A stretch of DNA of 64,000 bases from Salpingoeca rosetta (taxonomy: Eukaryota; Protista; Choanoflagellata): contig JAWQFM010000025.1 in NCBI GenBank assembly GCA_033442325.1, forward strand, positions 565,843 through 629,842. Reading direction: 5' to 3'. Positions 1 to 23,253 of the stretch are shown one piece after another; position 1 is the first letter of the stretch; every line of letters starts with the position of its first letter. A model generated the notes under the pieces. The model searched no databases. It saw only the letters and a list, made by a program, of their open reading frames with translations, and was not told the DNA's origin. A program made the position numbers and the translations under genes.

Positions 1-1492
1 CGCGTGCGCGCATGCGCTGCAGTGCAACCTCGACAACGGAGAGCCGGTACACGTGGTTGACAAACGCCTGCCGCTGCTCGTGGAGTGGGGTGGATGCAAA
101 GGGGTCGAGCGTGCCACGCCAGCGGGGCGCCAGGGCGTGCAGCTTCCGCAGAAACAGCTGGTGCAGTGCCCGGGACTCGGAGAAGAGTTCAAACTCGGCA
201 GACATGTCACCAGCACCAGCACCAGCACCAGCACCATTGCCATCATCAGTACTGTCATCACCATCACCATCACCATCACCATCCGCGCGTGTCGTGACGC
301 CATCTACAATGGCAGCGAGGGCGGTGGCGCGGTCGCCGTTGACAAACGCGTCCACGTTGAACCGCATCCCCGTCAGCGCCTCAAACGACGTGTCAAACTC
401 TTTGCCGGGCACCGGGGGTGGTGCACCGACAACCTGCGATGGGCGAACAAAGTCGAGCAGCGTGTACCCGGCGTCATACAGCACGTTGTCGTTGGCCGTG
501 TCCATGCGCGCGCCCGTTTTCGCCTCCAGATGGCTGTAGACAGACGGGTGCATGCGGCCACGCCCCATGCCTTGAAGGTGGTCGTGCAGAAGCGGTGTTT
601 CCCAAAGGTCCACAACAGCGCGTGCGCTGGCCTTGAGACCCTGCAGTGCACCCTCAACCAGCAGCTGGCGCTCCGTTAACGAGAGGGCGCCCTGGTCTGA
701 TGTGATGGTCGGGTTGGCGAGGAAGTGACGCAGCAGCACAGACGCATGCACGCCATCCTCGGCCTGTGCAGCGACAGCGAAACAAATATGGGAGTGGGGG
801 AGGGGAGGAAGAGGTTGGAGATGGATGACGTGGGTGGGTTTGGGGATGAGGTCAAGGGCGTGACAGATTCTCGCAAGGAAGGGGTACTCACTTATAGCAC
901 ACTTGACAGTGTGCGCAAGCGACACGCTTCGCGAGAACAGCATGAACGCAATCTCGCAGCTCAAAGACATACGCACGTGCACAGCACAAGTACATGAACA
1001 CCACGAAACAATGTTTATGACAAACAACTGAAGCGCACCCCGAGCTTCTGCAGGGCGTAGATAGCGGCCTCGCCGGGGATGCGCTTTGGCTTCTTCAGTG
1101 CCGACGTCAGCACTTGCGCGCGCGACTTGATGGCGTGCGCAGAGAAGCGGATGTCAACCTGGGCATACTCCGCCGTCTCCCAGATGTGGTCAATCACAGC
1201 CTTCCAGTCGTGCGCGCGCGCGTCCTTGTTCTTGGAAAGATGGAACATGACCTCTGTGGAGCATGAAGCGAGAAGTGAGTGAAAAGGTTCTGGCGTGACA
1301 TGTGGCGAATATGCTGAGGAAAGGGAGGTGGCAAGTGTGCAGTGCAGACTTATCCCACACAGGCTTGGGCGACGCACCTTTGTAGTTGTGTTCCTCCATA
1401 AAGTGCCAGATGGGCCCAAGCACCTTCGTCATTGATGGGTGCAGATGCGAGTCGCTCTGTGGGGCGCGCGCGCGCGCGTGTGTGTTTGTGTT

Positions 1493-1589
<97 letters not shown>

Positions 1590-2033
1590 AAATGGTAGCC
1601 AGTGAGTTGCTGGCCGTGTCACAGGGAGGCATATGGCGCGGATAAAGTCGCAAGATAGCGAGCAAAAGAGTTGCAGGAGGTACGCTGCGTTGTTGGGCAT
1701 CGCTTTGCAGCAGCCATGTACGCACCCGCTTCTTGAAGAACTTGGCGTTTTTCTCAACAAACTTGTTGGCCATGGTCTTTGCGAGCTTGACCGCCTCCTC
1801 ACGGGTGACATCACGACGCAGCGAGTTACTGGCTCGTCGAACCGACGTCTATTGCAAATAGTATCAGTGTGACGTGTGTGTGTGTTTGTGAGCGAAGGAT
1901 GGAAGAGCAGAACAACATGGCAAAGAACATACTTGGAAAGGGGCATGTGTGGGTGCAAACCAACCCTTCTCCCCTCCCCCCCCCCACACACAAGCACACA
2001 CACACGCACCAAGATCCGGGCGTAGCCTCGCAT
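1..2033 (-). CDS. Hypothetical multi-exon protein, runs off the window start; possibly mitochondrial-targeted
   Basis: Phase-consistent exons 2033-2010 (MRGYARIL), 1848-1726 (TSVRRASNSLRRDVTREEAVKLAKTMANKFVEKNAKFFKKR), ~1423-1379 (VLGPIWHFMEEHNYK), ~1250-1040 (VMFHLSKNKDARAHDWKAVIDHIWETAEY...) and a long exon ~765-1 (...VEGALQGLKASARAVVDLWETPLL...SAEFELFSESRALHQLFLRKLHAL). N-terminus is Arg-rich and acid-poor. No family recognised. Confidence 0.7.
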
Positions 2034-2274
2034 GGTGTCGCTGTTGTTCAGTGGGTGGCCACCACCAACAACGACGAATCAAAGGCAGTGACAGCGCTGC
2101 ACAGGTGCGTGCTACCGCTGTTGTGTTGGCGTGCTGTTGTTGGTGTGCGAGCGGAGCACAAGGGAGGCAGAGACGCAAGAGGAGAAAAAGGGTCAGAAAT
2201 GTGGTCAGTATCATTGAGAATCGTCCAAACATTTCATCCTGTCGCAAAGCCCACACACGTGCAACCAGCAGACG
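2034..2274. promoter_or_regulatory. Probable compact bidirectional promoter/5'UTR region
   Basis: 241 bp between divergent start codons at 2033 (-) and 2275 (+). Inferred from gene geometry only. Confidence 0.45.
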
Positions 2275-10032
<7,758 letters not shown>

Positions 10033-10246
10033 CGTGGTTGGTCCACGCAGTTCCACTGATGATGCTGATTGATGCTAAGGTCTTGGTGTGTGGATGTGCA
10101 ATGTGGTGGGTGGAGTTTGTGTCTGGCGAAGCTTGTGGCGATTGTGGAAATTTAGGTCATATCTTCCATTAAACATCCGCAAAACAAGGCAGCGATTGGC
10201 TGCTGCCAAACAAACATCAACAACCAACCAGTCCAGTCAACACAAC

Positions 10247-13600
<3,354 letters not shown>

Positions 13601-13816
13601 CCCCATAACATAACCAACCTTGTCGTTGTCTGTCTGTGTCTGTGGTCTGTGCTTGTGGTCTGTGTCTGTGTCTGAGGTCTATGTGAGCGTGTGTGTTTTT
13701 TTTGTGTCGTGCACTCTGACCATAAACAACCCCACAACACATCACGACACTTGCAGCCCTTGCAACACTCGTGAGCTGCAATTTGCAAAGGACTAGTCCC
13801 ACACCGAAGAGCGATT

Positions 13817-15121
13817 ATGTTGCTGAGTGTGCGCTCCTTCTTCTGTTGTCTTGCTGTCTGCGCAGTGCTGCGCGCTGCAACGTTCGGACCGCAGCGTGTG
13901 AGTGGGCAGGTGGTGTTTGAAGAGGATGTGTCGGGGAGGCTGCTGATGAACACGAGCGATTCTGCCAACGAACACATCGTGTTCAATGGCATGCACACGC
14001 AGGAGCTGTACGACACGGTCCGCATGCAGCAGAGCGTCATCGAGCAAGCAGAAGCGGCCATCGTCCAGATTCAGCGCAAGAACATGGCCCAGGCGTCACA
14101 CATCCAGCTGCTGGAGGACCGTTTGTGCCGCCTCAACGCATACCCACCAACAAGCACATTCATCTCTCTCCCTGACACATCAGGGAGCAACACAGGAGCG
14201 TGGACCTCCGGTGTCCTCGCCAACAACGGTCTCATCTACGCCATCTCAAACCAGGCAACCTTCATCCTCATCATCGACCCCGAGACAAACACCATTGACG
14301 ACACTACGCTCTCCGGCCTCGGCGAAATCATGTCTGACTGGCAGGGCGCTGTGCTTGGAGGCAACGGGCTCATCTACGCGCTTCCCTTCAACTCCAGATC
14401 CATCATGGTCATCAACCCGGCAACCAACACGGTCGACACTGCGGCAATTGGCGGCTTCCCCGCAGAGTCGGGAAAGTGGCACGGGGGCGTGCTTGCAAGC
14501 AGGACAAATGGCGGCATCTACGGTATCCCGTGGCAATCCACTTCGGTCCTCATCATTGATCCAGGCACTAATGCCACAGACATGACCACCATCTCCGGCC
14601 TTTCTTCTGCAGGTTTCAAGTGGCTTGCAGGCGCCGAAGCGAACAATGGCAAGCTCTACATGCTTCCGTTTGGTGCGGCGAGTGTGCTCATCGTCAATCC
14701 AGTGGATAACACTTTCGACACAGACAGCATCTCCGGCCTGCCAGCCTCTGCCAGGTTTAGTGGCGCTGTACTGGCAGACAACGGCAAGATCTACGGCATC
14801 CCCGTACCACACGACAGCGTTCTCGTCATCAACCCAAACGACGACTCCACAACAACTATCGCCGTGCCATTCGGAGCCTCAAAGTGGTTTGGCGGCGTGC
14901 TCGTGCCGGATGGTCGCATATTTGGCATCCCGTATGATGCCAGCAGTGCCCTCATCATCGATCCAACGACAGACACGGTCGACTACACATCCTTCACGGA
15001 CTTCCCCGCTGGCGACATGAAGTGGCGGGGTGGTGTGCTTGCAGGCAACGGCATCATCTACGGCATTCCTTACAGCATCGACAGTGTGCTACTCATTGAC
15101 CCCGGCTGCTGGCTTCCTTGA
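13817..15121 (+). CDS. Intronless secreted beta-propeller protein (about 7 repeats of W.GGVLA.NG.IYGIP...VLIIDP) with N-terminal beta module and coiled coil
   Basis: 434-aa ORF, hydrophobic signal peptide, ~45-aa repeats visible in the translation. Confidence 0.88.
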   Translation: MLLSVRSFFCCLAVCAVLRAATFGPQRVSGQVVFEEDVSGRLLMNTSDSANEHIVFNGMHTQELYDTVRMQQSVIEQAEAAIVQIQRKNMAQASHIQLLEDRLCRLNAYPPTSTFISLPDTSGSNTGAWTSGVLANNGLIYAISNQATFILIIDPETNTIDDTTLSGLGEIMSDWQGAVLGGNGLIYALPFNSRSIMVINPATNTVDTAAIGGFPAESGKWHGGVLASRTNGGIYGIPWQSTSVLIIDPGTNATDMTTISGLSSAGFKWLAGAEANNGKLYMLPFGAASVLIVNPVDNTFDTDSISGLPASARFSGAVLADNGKIYGIPVPHDSVLVINPNDDSTTTIAVPFGASKWFGGVLVPDGRIFGIPYDASSALIIDPTTDTVDYTSFTDFPAGDMKWRGGVLAGNGIIYGIPYSIDSVLLIDPGCWLP

Positions 15122-15201
<80 letters not shown>

Positions 15202-15536
15202 CTTGCTTGTCCAACACCGCTATTGTCTTGTGTGACATGAACCTTTTCAACTCAAAAGTAAACCGTGGGTTTGACCGCCAACTCACCCCTCTCGTCCGAT
15301 GACAATTCCCAAGGAACGACAGCACTTGCGAGAAGCCAGATGGCGGGACAGTGACATTGTCCTTAGCTGGTGCTTGGACACAAACAAACGATTATCTTGG
15401 ATATCATTGCACAGGTGCTCATATCGACACACAAGAAAAGACAGAAAGACAGTCAACCGAAGCATACGGGGACGACATCGCAGCACAGCGAAACAGGTGA
15501 ATAAACAAACGATCGCATATGAAGGAAGCGGATGAG

Positions 15537-15575
<39 letters not shown>

Positions 15576-15804
15576 GACGAAAAAGGAAGTGGTATTGATT
15601 GACGGGAGAGGTGGGGAAGGGAATAGCCAACGTGAAGCAAGCACAGTGACACGAGTGACATGACGAGACACAGAAAGAAAGACAGAAAGCACGACACAGC
15701 TCGCAAGACAAGGGGCACGGTCAGGCAGAGGCCGAATCAAGGCAAATTCAAAGACACGACAGCAGCAAGCCGCGTGCAGCAAGTCGCGCGCAGCGATGGA
15801 GGGA

Positions 15805-18208
15805 TCAACCTTGCTTGCGCTCGCCAAGCAATTCTGCGACCTCAATCAGCTCCTGTTCAGTGAGTCGGCACCCGTCGCTTGTGATCCTGTCACGTGCAGC
15901 TCGCAAAATCCTCGCGTGCTCATTCTCTTCGGGGCTGACAAGGGCGGCCAGCCGATCGTAGACAATTCCTTCATACTCGGTTCGCTTGTTATCCCCTGTC
16001 AGCGCTTGCAGCCTGCGCTGTGATGGCGTTGTGCATGCGTCAGCGTGGGCGCACTCCGGCAAAACCTGGCGCACAAAGGCGGCCGTCAGTTGTTCCTTGC
16101 GCACGCGCTGGCGGTGCATGTTTGCGAGCTCAAAGAACCCTGGGTCAGCCTTGGTGAAGGCGTAGACAACACATGTCATGACCACCGCCCGGTAACTCCG
16201 GCGCAGGATGGCCGAGGCATTCTCTGGCAGCACGATACGGCTGAGTTCATCGACATGAGCGTTGATGGCGTCGCGACGAACCTGTTCCGTGTCTTTCTTC
16301 TTTGCGCGCCGCCGCTTCAGCCGTTCCTGCTTTTGTTGCTGTTCGAGAGATGCTGGCTGCTGCTGTTCAAGAGATGCTTGCTGCTGCTGTTCGAGAGATG
16401 CTTGCTGTGGCACGGACGTCTGGTCGCGTTGCCCATGCTGCCCAGCCTGCGTCGCAGCCTGTACCAACATCGGCTGGACTGCTTGGAAAGGAGGGGCAGG
16501 GGCTGTGTAGGCCCGAGCAGCAGCAACAGCCAACTGTTGCTGGTGCTGTTGCTGCTGCTGTTGTTGCTGCTGCTGCTGCCGTTGCTGCTGTGCAAGATAC
16601 ACCTGCTGTGCAAACGAGAGACTGAGGTGCGCGCGCTTGCGAGCTGGGCGCCCGTCGTCATGAAGAAGACGCTCTTGGCCCTGCTGGAAGACAGACTGCT
16701 GGTGGTGCCGATGTTGTTGTTGTTGTTGTTGGTAGTGGTGGTGTTGGTGGTGTTGAACAGAGTCCTGCTGCACATGAACGTGGTGGACATGGTGGTGGTG
16801 GACGTGCACATGGTTCGCCTGCTGGTGTTGGCCGTTGCTGCTGTGGCCGAGTAGCTGTTGCACGTGCTGCACTTGTTGCACTTGCACACGCTGCGTCTGC
16901 TGGCGCTGAGTGTGGTGATCAGGGCGTTGGTACTGGGTCACATCGTTGTGCACATGCTGCATCTGCTGGCTGTTGCGGCCTTGCTGCTGATGCTGGTGGT
17001 TCCTGGTATCCATGCGAGCCATCTCCTGACGCACCTGATGCATCTGTTGCATCTGCACATGCTGCATCTCTTGGTGTGGGTGGTGTTCAGGGCGTTGGTG
17101 CTGGGTCATATCGATCAGCGGCACTTCCAGCATCTGCGACTCCTGCTGCTGCTGCTGTTGGTTGGTGTGGCCGTGCTGCTGTTGCTGGTGGTTCCTGGTA
17201 TCGATGTGAGCCATCTCCTGACGCACCTGACGCACCTGATGCATCTGCACATGCTGCACCTCTTGGTGTGGGTGGTGGTTAGGGCGTTGGTGCTGGGTCA
17301 TATCGATCAGCGGCACTTCCAGCATCTGTGACTCCTGCTGCTGCATCTGCTGGTTGGTGTGGTCTTGCTGCTGGTGCTGGTGGTTCCTGGTATCGATGTG
17401 AGCCATCTCCTGACGCACCTGACGCACCTGATGCATCTGCACATGCTGCACCTCTTGGTGTGGGTGGTGGTTAGGGCGTTTGTGCTGGGTCATATCGATC
17501 AGCGGCACTTCCAGCATCTGTGACTCCTGCTGCTGCTGCTGCTGTTGGTTGGTGTGGTCTTGCTGCTGGTGCTGGTGGTTCCTGGTATCGATGCGAGCCA
17601 TCTCCTGACGCACCTGACGCACCTGATGCATCTGCACATGCTGCACCTCTTGGTGTGGGTGGTGGTTAGGGCGTTGGTGCTGGGTCATATCGATCAGCGG
17701 CACTTCCAGCATCTGTGACTCCTGCTGCTGCTGCTGTTGGTTAGCGTGGCCTTGCTGCTGATGCTGCTGCATCTGCTTGTTGGTGTGGCCTTGCTGCTGG
17801 TGCTGGAGAGGTGGGGTTGCGCGGTGCTGGGGTTCGTAATCATTGTAGCCACCATCATCGTCATCGCTGCCGGTGATCGGTGGAAGGTCGACAAACAGCT
17901 CGAAACTGTCGTCCAGGGATGCATCAAGCAGTGGTCCCTGGAGCTCAAACGTATTGTGTGGAGACCACAGAGGCAGGGGCAGGTCAAAGAAGTTTGTTGG
18001 AGGTGGCACGCTGCTCAGGTTGGCAGGCAGCGGATATGTGAGTGACGGCAGCGACGGCAGTAGGGAAGCGCCGTCGTCACCCTGGTCGGGCGAAGAGCGG
18101 GTGGGCGTTGTTGCAACGACACTGGCCTGCACGGCGGAGTACATCAGGGCCCTCAACGGAGAGCTGATGGGGCTGGCGAAGCCGTCGCAAAACAGATTCA
18201 GATGGAGG

Positions 18209-18241
<33 letters not shown>

Positions 18242-18354
18242 GCTTGGCGTGCTGGCATGCTGGCAGCGTTGGCTTGACCGGCAGCACTGAAAATGCTGTC
18301 AGGCTGCATCGTCACACAGCCTGGAGTGGCTGAGGGGATCATGCTCTCATCCAT
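15805..18354 (-). CDS. Q/H-rich putative transcription factor with degenerate bHLH domain(s)
   Basis: 849-aa open frame. RRRAKKKDTEQVRRDAINAHVDELSRIVLP...RAVVMTCVVYAF fits the bHLH basic/helix-1 pattern (E..RR..IN...EL...LP). Acidic/Pro-rich N-terminus and polyQ tracts. Confidence 0.72.
16900..17790 (-). repeat. Coding minisatellite, 4 near-identical 192-195 bp units plus a partial unit
   Basis: Anchor 'cacttccagcatctg' at 17122, 17314, 17506, 17701. Encodes QESQMLEVPLIDMTQHQRPNHHPHQEVQHVQMHQVRQVRQEMA.IDTRNHQ. Confidence 0.95.
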
Positions 18355-19374
18355 CGTGACAGGGAATCACGCTGGCGCGGGGTCTAAAGTCACGAACAAC
18401 GAGCGTAAGCAGAGGCGACACGTGAGAATCAGACGTATGTGTTTGTGTGTTTGTGCGTGTGTGTGTGCGTGTGTGTGTGTGTGTGTGTGTGCGTATATGT
18501 GTGTGTGTGCGTGTGTGTGCGCGCGTGTGTGTGTGTGTGCGTATGTGTTTGTTTGTGTGTGTGTGTGTGTGTGATTGTGCGTGTGTGTATGCGTGTGTGC
18601 GTGTGTGTGCAAGTGGGCCTATGCGAGGGAGCGCAAGCCAACACATGCATATGCGCTACACCAAGACGACAAAACAAGATGAATGTCACACAGAGCTTCT
18701 GAACACGCACACACACACACACACACATACAGATGAAAAAAGCACGCACGTGTGCTGTCAAGGGTGGTGGCGGTGAGAGCTGGGCGAGATGCGAGGGCGA
18801 AAAAGCAGACTGGTGGATCACCTGAAACCCCCCAAAAGGTGAAGATGGCTGGGTGTGAGCGGTGACGGAGGGGGCACGCTTGCCACGCAGGCAGCGATGA
18901 TGGTTGCACACGGCAATTGGATGCAGTGAACATGCAGCCACAGCACAAGGGCACAACAGCCTTACTCTGTTGGTGGGGCAGGTTGACGGGGCACTGGCAA
19001 CACGCGTCGTTGTCGGCAGCGTTTTTCGGCTGTCAAATTTGACTGAAAAGTGGCGCGCAACGGAAGCGTGCAAAGTGCAACGCAGTTGCGTTGTTGAAAT
19101 CCTCCCTAACGACCGGAATGAGTTGCAAGTTGGTGCGCAGAAAAATAGTCACCTGTGTGAGTGATTCGATGGGCAAGTGAGTGTGTGATTCGGTGAGGGT
19201 GTGTGTATGTGTGTGTATGTGTGTGTGTGTGTGTGCAATGATGTTTGTGTCAGTGTGTATGTGTGTGTGTGTGTGTTGGACACGAAGAAAGAACAACATA
19301 CGGACCCAGGACGCAATGCTCCGGAAAGGGAGGAAGACAAGCGAGCGAGAACACACACACACACACACACATAC

Positions 19375-19407
<33 letters not shown>

Positions 19408-20107
19408 CACACCTTGCTTGGGGTGTCATTTTGCCGGTGTCTTCCCCAATTGCCCCAGACCAGCGTCGCTGCAGAGCAGATATGAAGACGTCAGTGGTGG
19501 CTGAACCGCTGTCATCATCTTCCTCGTGCTCACATCGAGTTTGGTTTCTCCCTCACCACACAAACACAAAGACGTGCGTGCATCTACGTGCAAACGCAGG
19601 CGCAACGATACTCACGGTGTGCTGGGCACAAGGATGCTGGGCTGTGCCAAGAGCTGGCGCGGCCTTTGCACCGGCACTGTCAGCCGTCCATTGGCGTTGT
19701 CGTCAGCAGTGGCAGTGAGGCCAACAGTGTTGGCGGAAGAGATGTCAGTGAACAGCAGCATCAGCATCAACATCAACATCAACATCAACATCAACAGCCA
19801 TGCCATATGAGCACGCGAGAGAACGGGAGTGGGAAACAATGCGTGGGTTATCCACCCACTGGAAACATGGCGCATGTTGTCAGCGAAACAGCAGCAGCAA
19901 CAGCAGGGAGAATGCGGCTCACGTCATTGCGAGGTTGGGTGTCTTCATCGCGCTCCTTCCAACTGGTTGGGTGTTCGATGATGGGTGATAGGGACGAGGA
20001 AAATGGCGATGAAGGCCGTAAATGAGGAGTGCAAGTGTTCAAAACACACTGCCTCTCCGCACTGCTATCCATGGCTGTGAGTGTGCGCAAATCCTATCCT
20101 TGTCTCA

Positions 20108-20253
<146 letters not shown>

Positions 20254-20629
20254 CTCTGTCTCTCACGCACGCACACACACACTTCCCCCCCCCCTTTCTC
20301 TCCACCGCCAAACTGATTGCCACCTCCTTTCCCTCCTCTCCGTGTAACCCCTCCTCTTCTTCATCACCCACCACCAACTACCCCAGCGCCCTCCCTAATC
20401 CTATCCTCTTCCCTTCAACCTTTCACTAACGCCCTTACGCCCGCTCACGTCTCATCTCCTTTTCCCTCAACTCACACTCCCACACTCACACACACTCACA
20501 CACATACGCATGCGCGCACCCCAATCACTCACACGCTCACACGCTCTCTGCTCCTTGTCCTCTCACATTCACACACACACACACACATGCACACTCTTCA
20601 CTGCTTCGCTTGCCTTCTTCTTCGACAAC

Positions 20630-21815
20630 AGGTGCCCCTTGGGCAGCAGCTGCGCCAGGATGGCGTCCGCGAACGTCCTGCCCAACTGACGGCCCAGGTG
20701 CAGCACAGGTGCGCATACATCAGCCAGGACACGACAACCATCAGTTGCCGCGAAACGCCCTGGATGCGCCGCGAGATGGAGACGCAGGTTCAGTTACCGC
20801 CAAACGCCCTGGATGCGCCGCGAGATGGAGATGCAGGTGCAGCAGGATCGCATTGACCAAGATGTTGCGCATCTCCTCCACCAGCAGCAACAGTGGCACT
20901 GGCAGCAACAGCAGCAACAGCAACAACAGCAGCACTGGCACTGGCAGCAAAGCGTGGCGTGGGTGCAGCGGGAGGTGGTGCGCCATTGCACGCGCATTCG
21001 CCAATCAGCACCAGGTACGGCACCTGCTTGTGGCACGCAAACAAACAAACAAACACAAACACGCACGCACGCATACATACATGTGAGCATGATGGTGCCT
21101 GAAGGACACACAACACGAATGAGAGGTGACGGCAAACCAACCCAGCCATTCCACTCATCACAATCAATCACACTACTGCCGCGCATGCTCACCTCTCGCT
21201 GTGTCACCCCGTGTGCCTCCATCGTGCTTGAGCAGCAGCAGCATGATGGCCACGACTTCTGCCACCATCGCAACCGCCGCCGCCATCGTCACAGGCACCA
21301 CCCGCGGACCCGTCCGTCCTTCGCCTCCATGCACCCGGTCATGGCCCAGGCCTTGAGCGGCATGCGCGAGATGTGGTCGCCATGGCACCAGCACCAGCAG
21401 GAGGAGGACACGCGCGGTCACAATGACGACACGGCGCTGCTGCTGTTGGAGGAGAACATGGTGCCAGGACCCAGCCAGCCACGGAGCATCCCTTGGACAT
21501 GATGACGATGATGATGATGATGACACCGCAACACCAGCAGCCGTATGTAGAGGCAGTGCACGGCCCGTGGTGCACAGACAACGTTGATGGCGGTGGGTAC
21601 GAGGCCGATGAGGAAGACGAAGACGTCAGCGACGACAGCGATGATGATGAAGAGGAGGAGGAGCAGCAGCAGCAGCAGCAGCAGCAGGGGACGAAAGAGG
21701 AGGGGCAGAAGTGCTGGGATCATGGCTGCCATTCCCTGCCTATTGCCTGTTGCCTGCTGGCAGTGGCGTTTGTGTTGTCCCTCCAAATGGGTTCATTTGC
21801 GTGCGCATGGTTGCT
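20630..21815 (+). CDS. Possible low-complexity orphan gene or fragments (Q-rich, acidic)
   Basis: Coding-like segments with splice-like borders (cag|gtg ~20631, cag|gtac ~21014). Model unresolved and the frame is broken by a 49-bp duplication. Confidence 0.3.
20741..20838. repeat. 49-bp tandem duplication (2 copies)
   Basis: tcagttgccgcgaaacgccctggatgcgccgcgagatggagacgcaggt followed by tcagttaccgccaaacgccctggatgcgccgcgagatggagatgcaggt. Confidence 0.9.
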
Positions 21816-22704
21816 GTGTTGGTTGTTGCCTCTGATGAGGTGTGGTTGTGGCTACAAGCGCACCTTGCACCAATGTTAGTGCTGGTTGATAGGTTGATGG
21901 GCTGATGGGTTGATGGGTTGATGGTGCCCTTGGAGCTGTCTTTCGTTGATGGTTGTGTTCCTCTGTCCACGCTGCTTCGGTTGGTCTGTGGCGCCGTGTA
22001 TTGTGGTTTTAGGTGATTGTTCACAGCAGAGTTTTCGTCGCTTTGCTGCTTTGCTGCTTCTGTTGGTGTACATCGTGGTGGCGTGTGCTGGTGGCCAGTG
22101 GAGCCGTTGGCTTGGGCGTGGTGCTGCCATCTTCCGCAGCTGCTGTGTGCCTGTGAATAATACAAACATGCCAACAACAGGGCCCGCGAGTGGTCGTGAA
22201 ACATGAGCATTCAAAGGAACAGGTGTTGGGATCGGGCAAACCAAACACGCATGCACGTGCACATGTATACGCGCAAGAACTCAAGCAAATGGCTGCGCAC
22301 AGGCTGAGACGCGCACACGCTCACACGCATACACACACGCACACACACGCACCGGCACTGCCGCTTTCCACAGGTGTCGCCTTCATCTGCACTGTCACCG
22401 TAATCGAAGGTGGCTCCTCTGAAGATCCCACTGGATACGTCCATTGCACAGCAGATGATGTGTCTTGTCACACGCGCTACCGCCACCAGCATCGCTGCAG
22501 CCTTCGTCATGCCAGTCGTTTCAGGCAACCGCAACATCTCAACCTCCTCTTTTCATTGTCATCACCACCACCCATCATCGTCGTCGTCGTCGTCGTCGTT
22601 TGGCGCACTTTGAAGCGGCTCCCGACACCACAAATTTTTCAGCGCATGCGGCTGTCGATTTGGCATTCACCACTCAACGCTCTCACGTTGACAAAACCGC
22701 GACC

Positions 22705-23208
22705 ATGAACGCCGCAGCTGCAACTATCGAGGATGGGCAGGTGAACGCGCCCCCGCACGTGCCAACGCCTGCCGTGAACACGTAAGCGGCAATCCGTGCA
22801 TGCGCTGTTGCTTCGTCCACGAACAAGCGTTTCTGTGTGCGGATGTAGGATTTGGTCATCGTTGTGCAGCAGCTGTTGTTGTTGTTGTTGCGACTGTTGC
22901 GCATCTAAAAGCGCTTTCCCACACTGGCCGCTGTTGTGCATGCCCATCTGGTGTCCACATCACCGCCTGCTCACATGGCCATCTGCTTGCAGCACCAGGA
23001 ACAAGCGGCGGTGGGATTCCAGTGATTCCAGAGACTCAAGCGACACCAGCAGCGACACCAGTGACACCAGCAGTGACACCAGCAGTGACACCAGCAGTGA
23101 CTCGAGTCTGCATGTCACGCCCAATGTATGTGTGTGTGTGTGTGTATTTACGCCCAATGTATGTGTGTGTGTGTGTATGTATGTGTGTGTATTTACGTGC
23201 ATGAGTGT

Positions 23209-23253
<45 letters not shown>

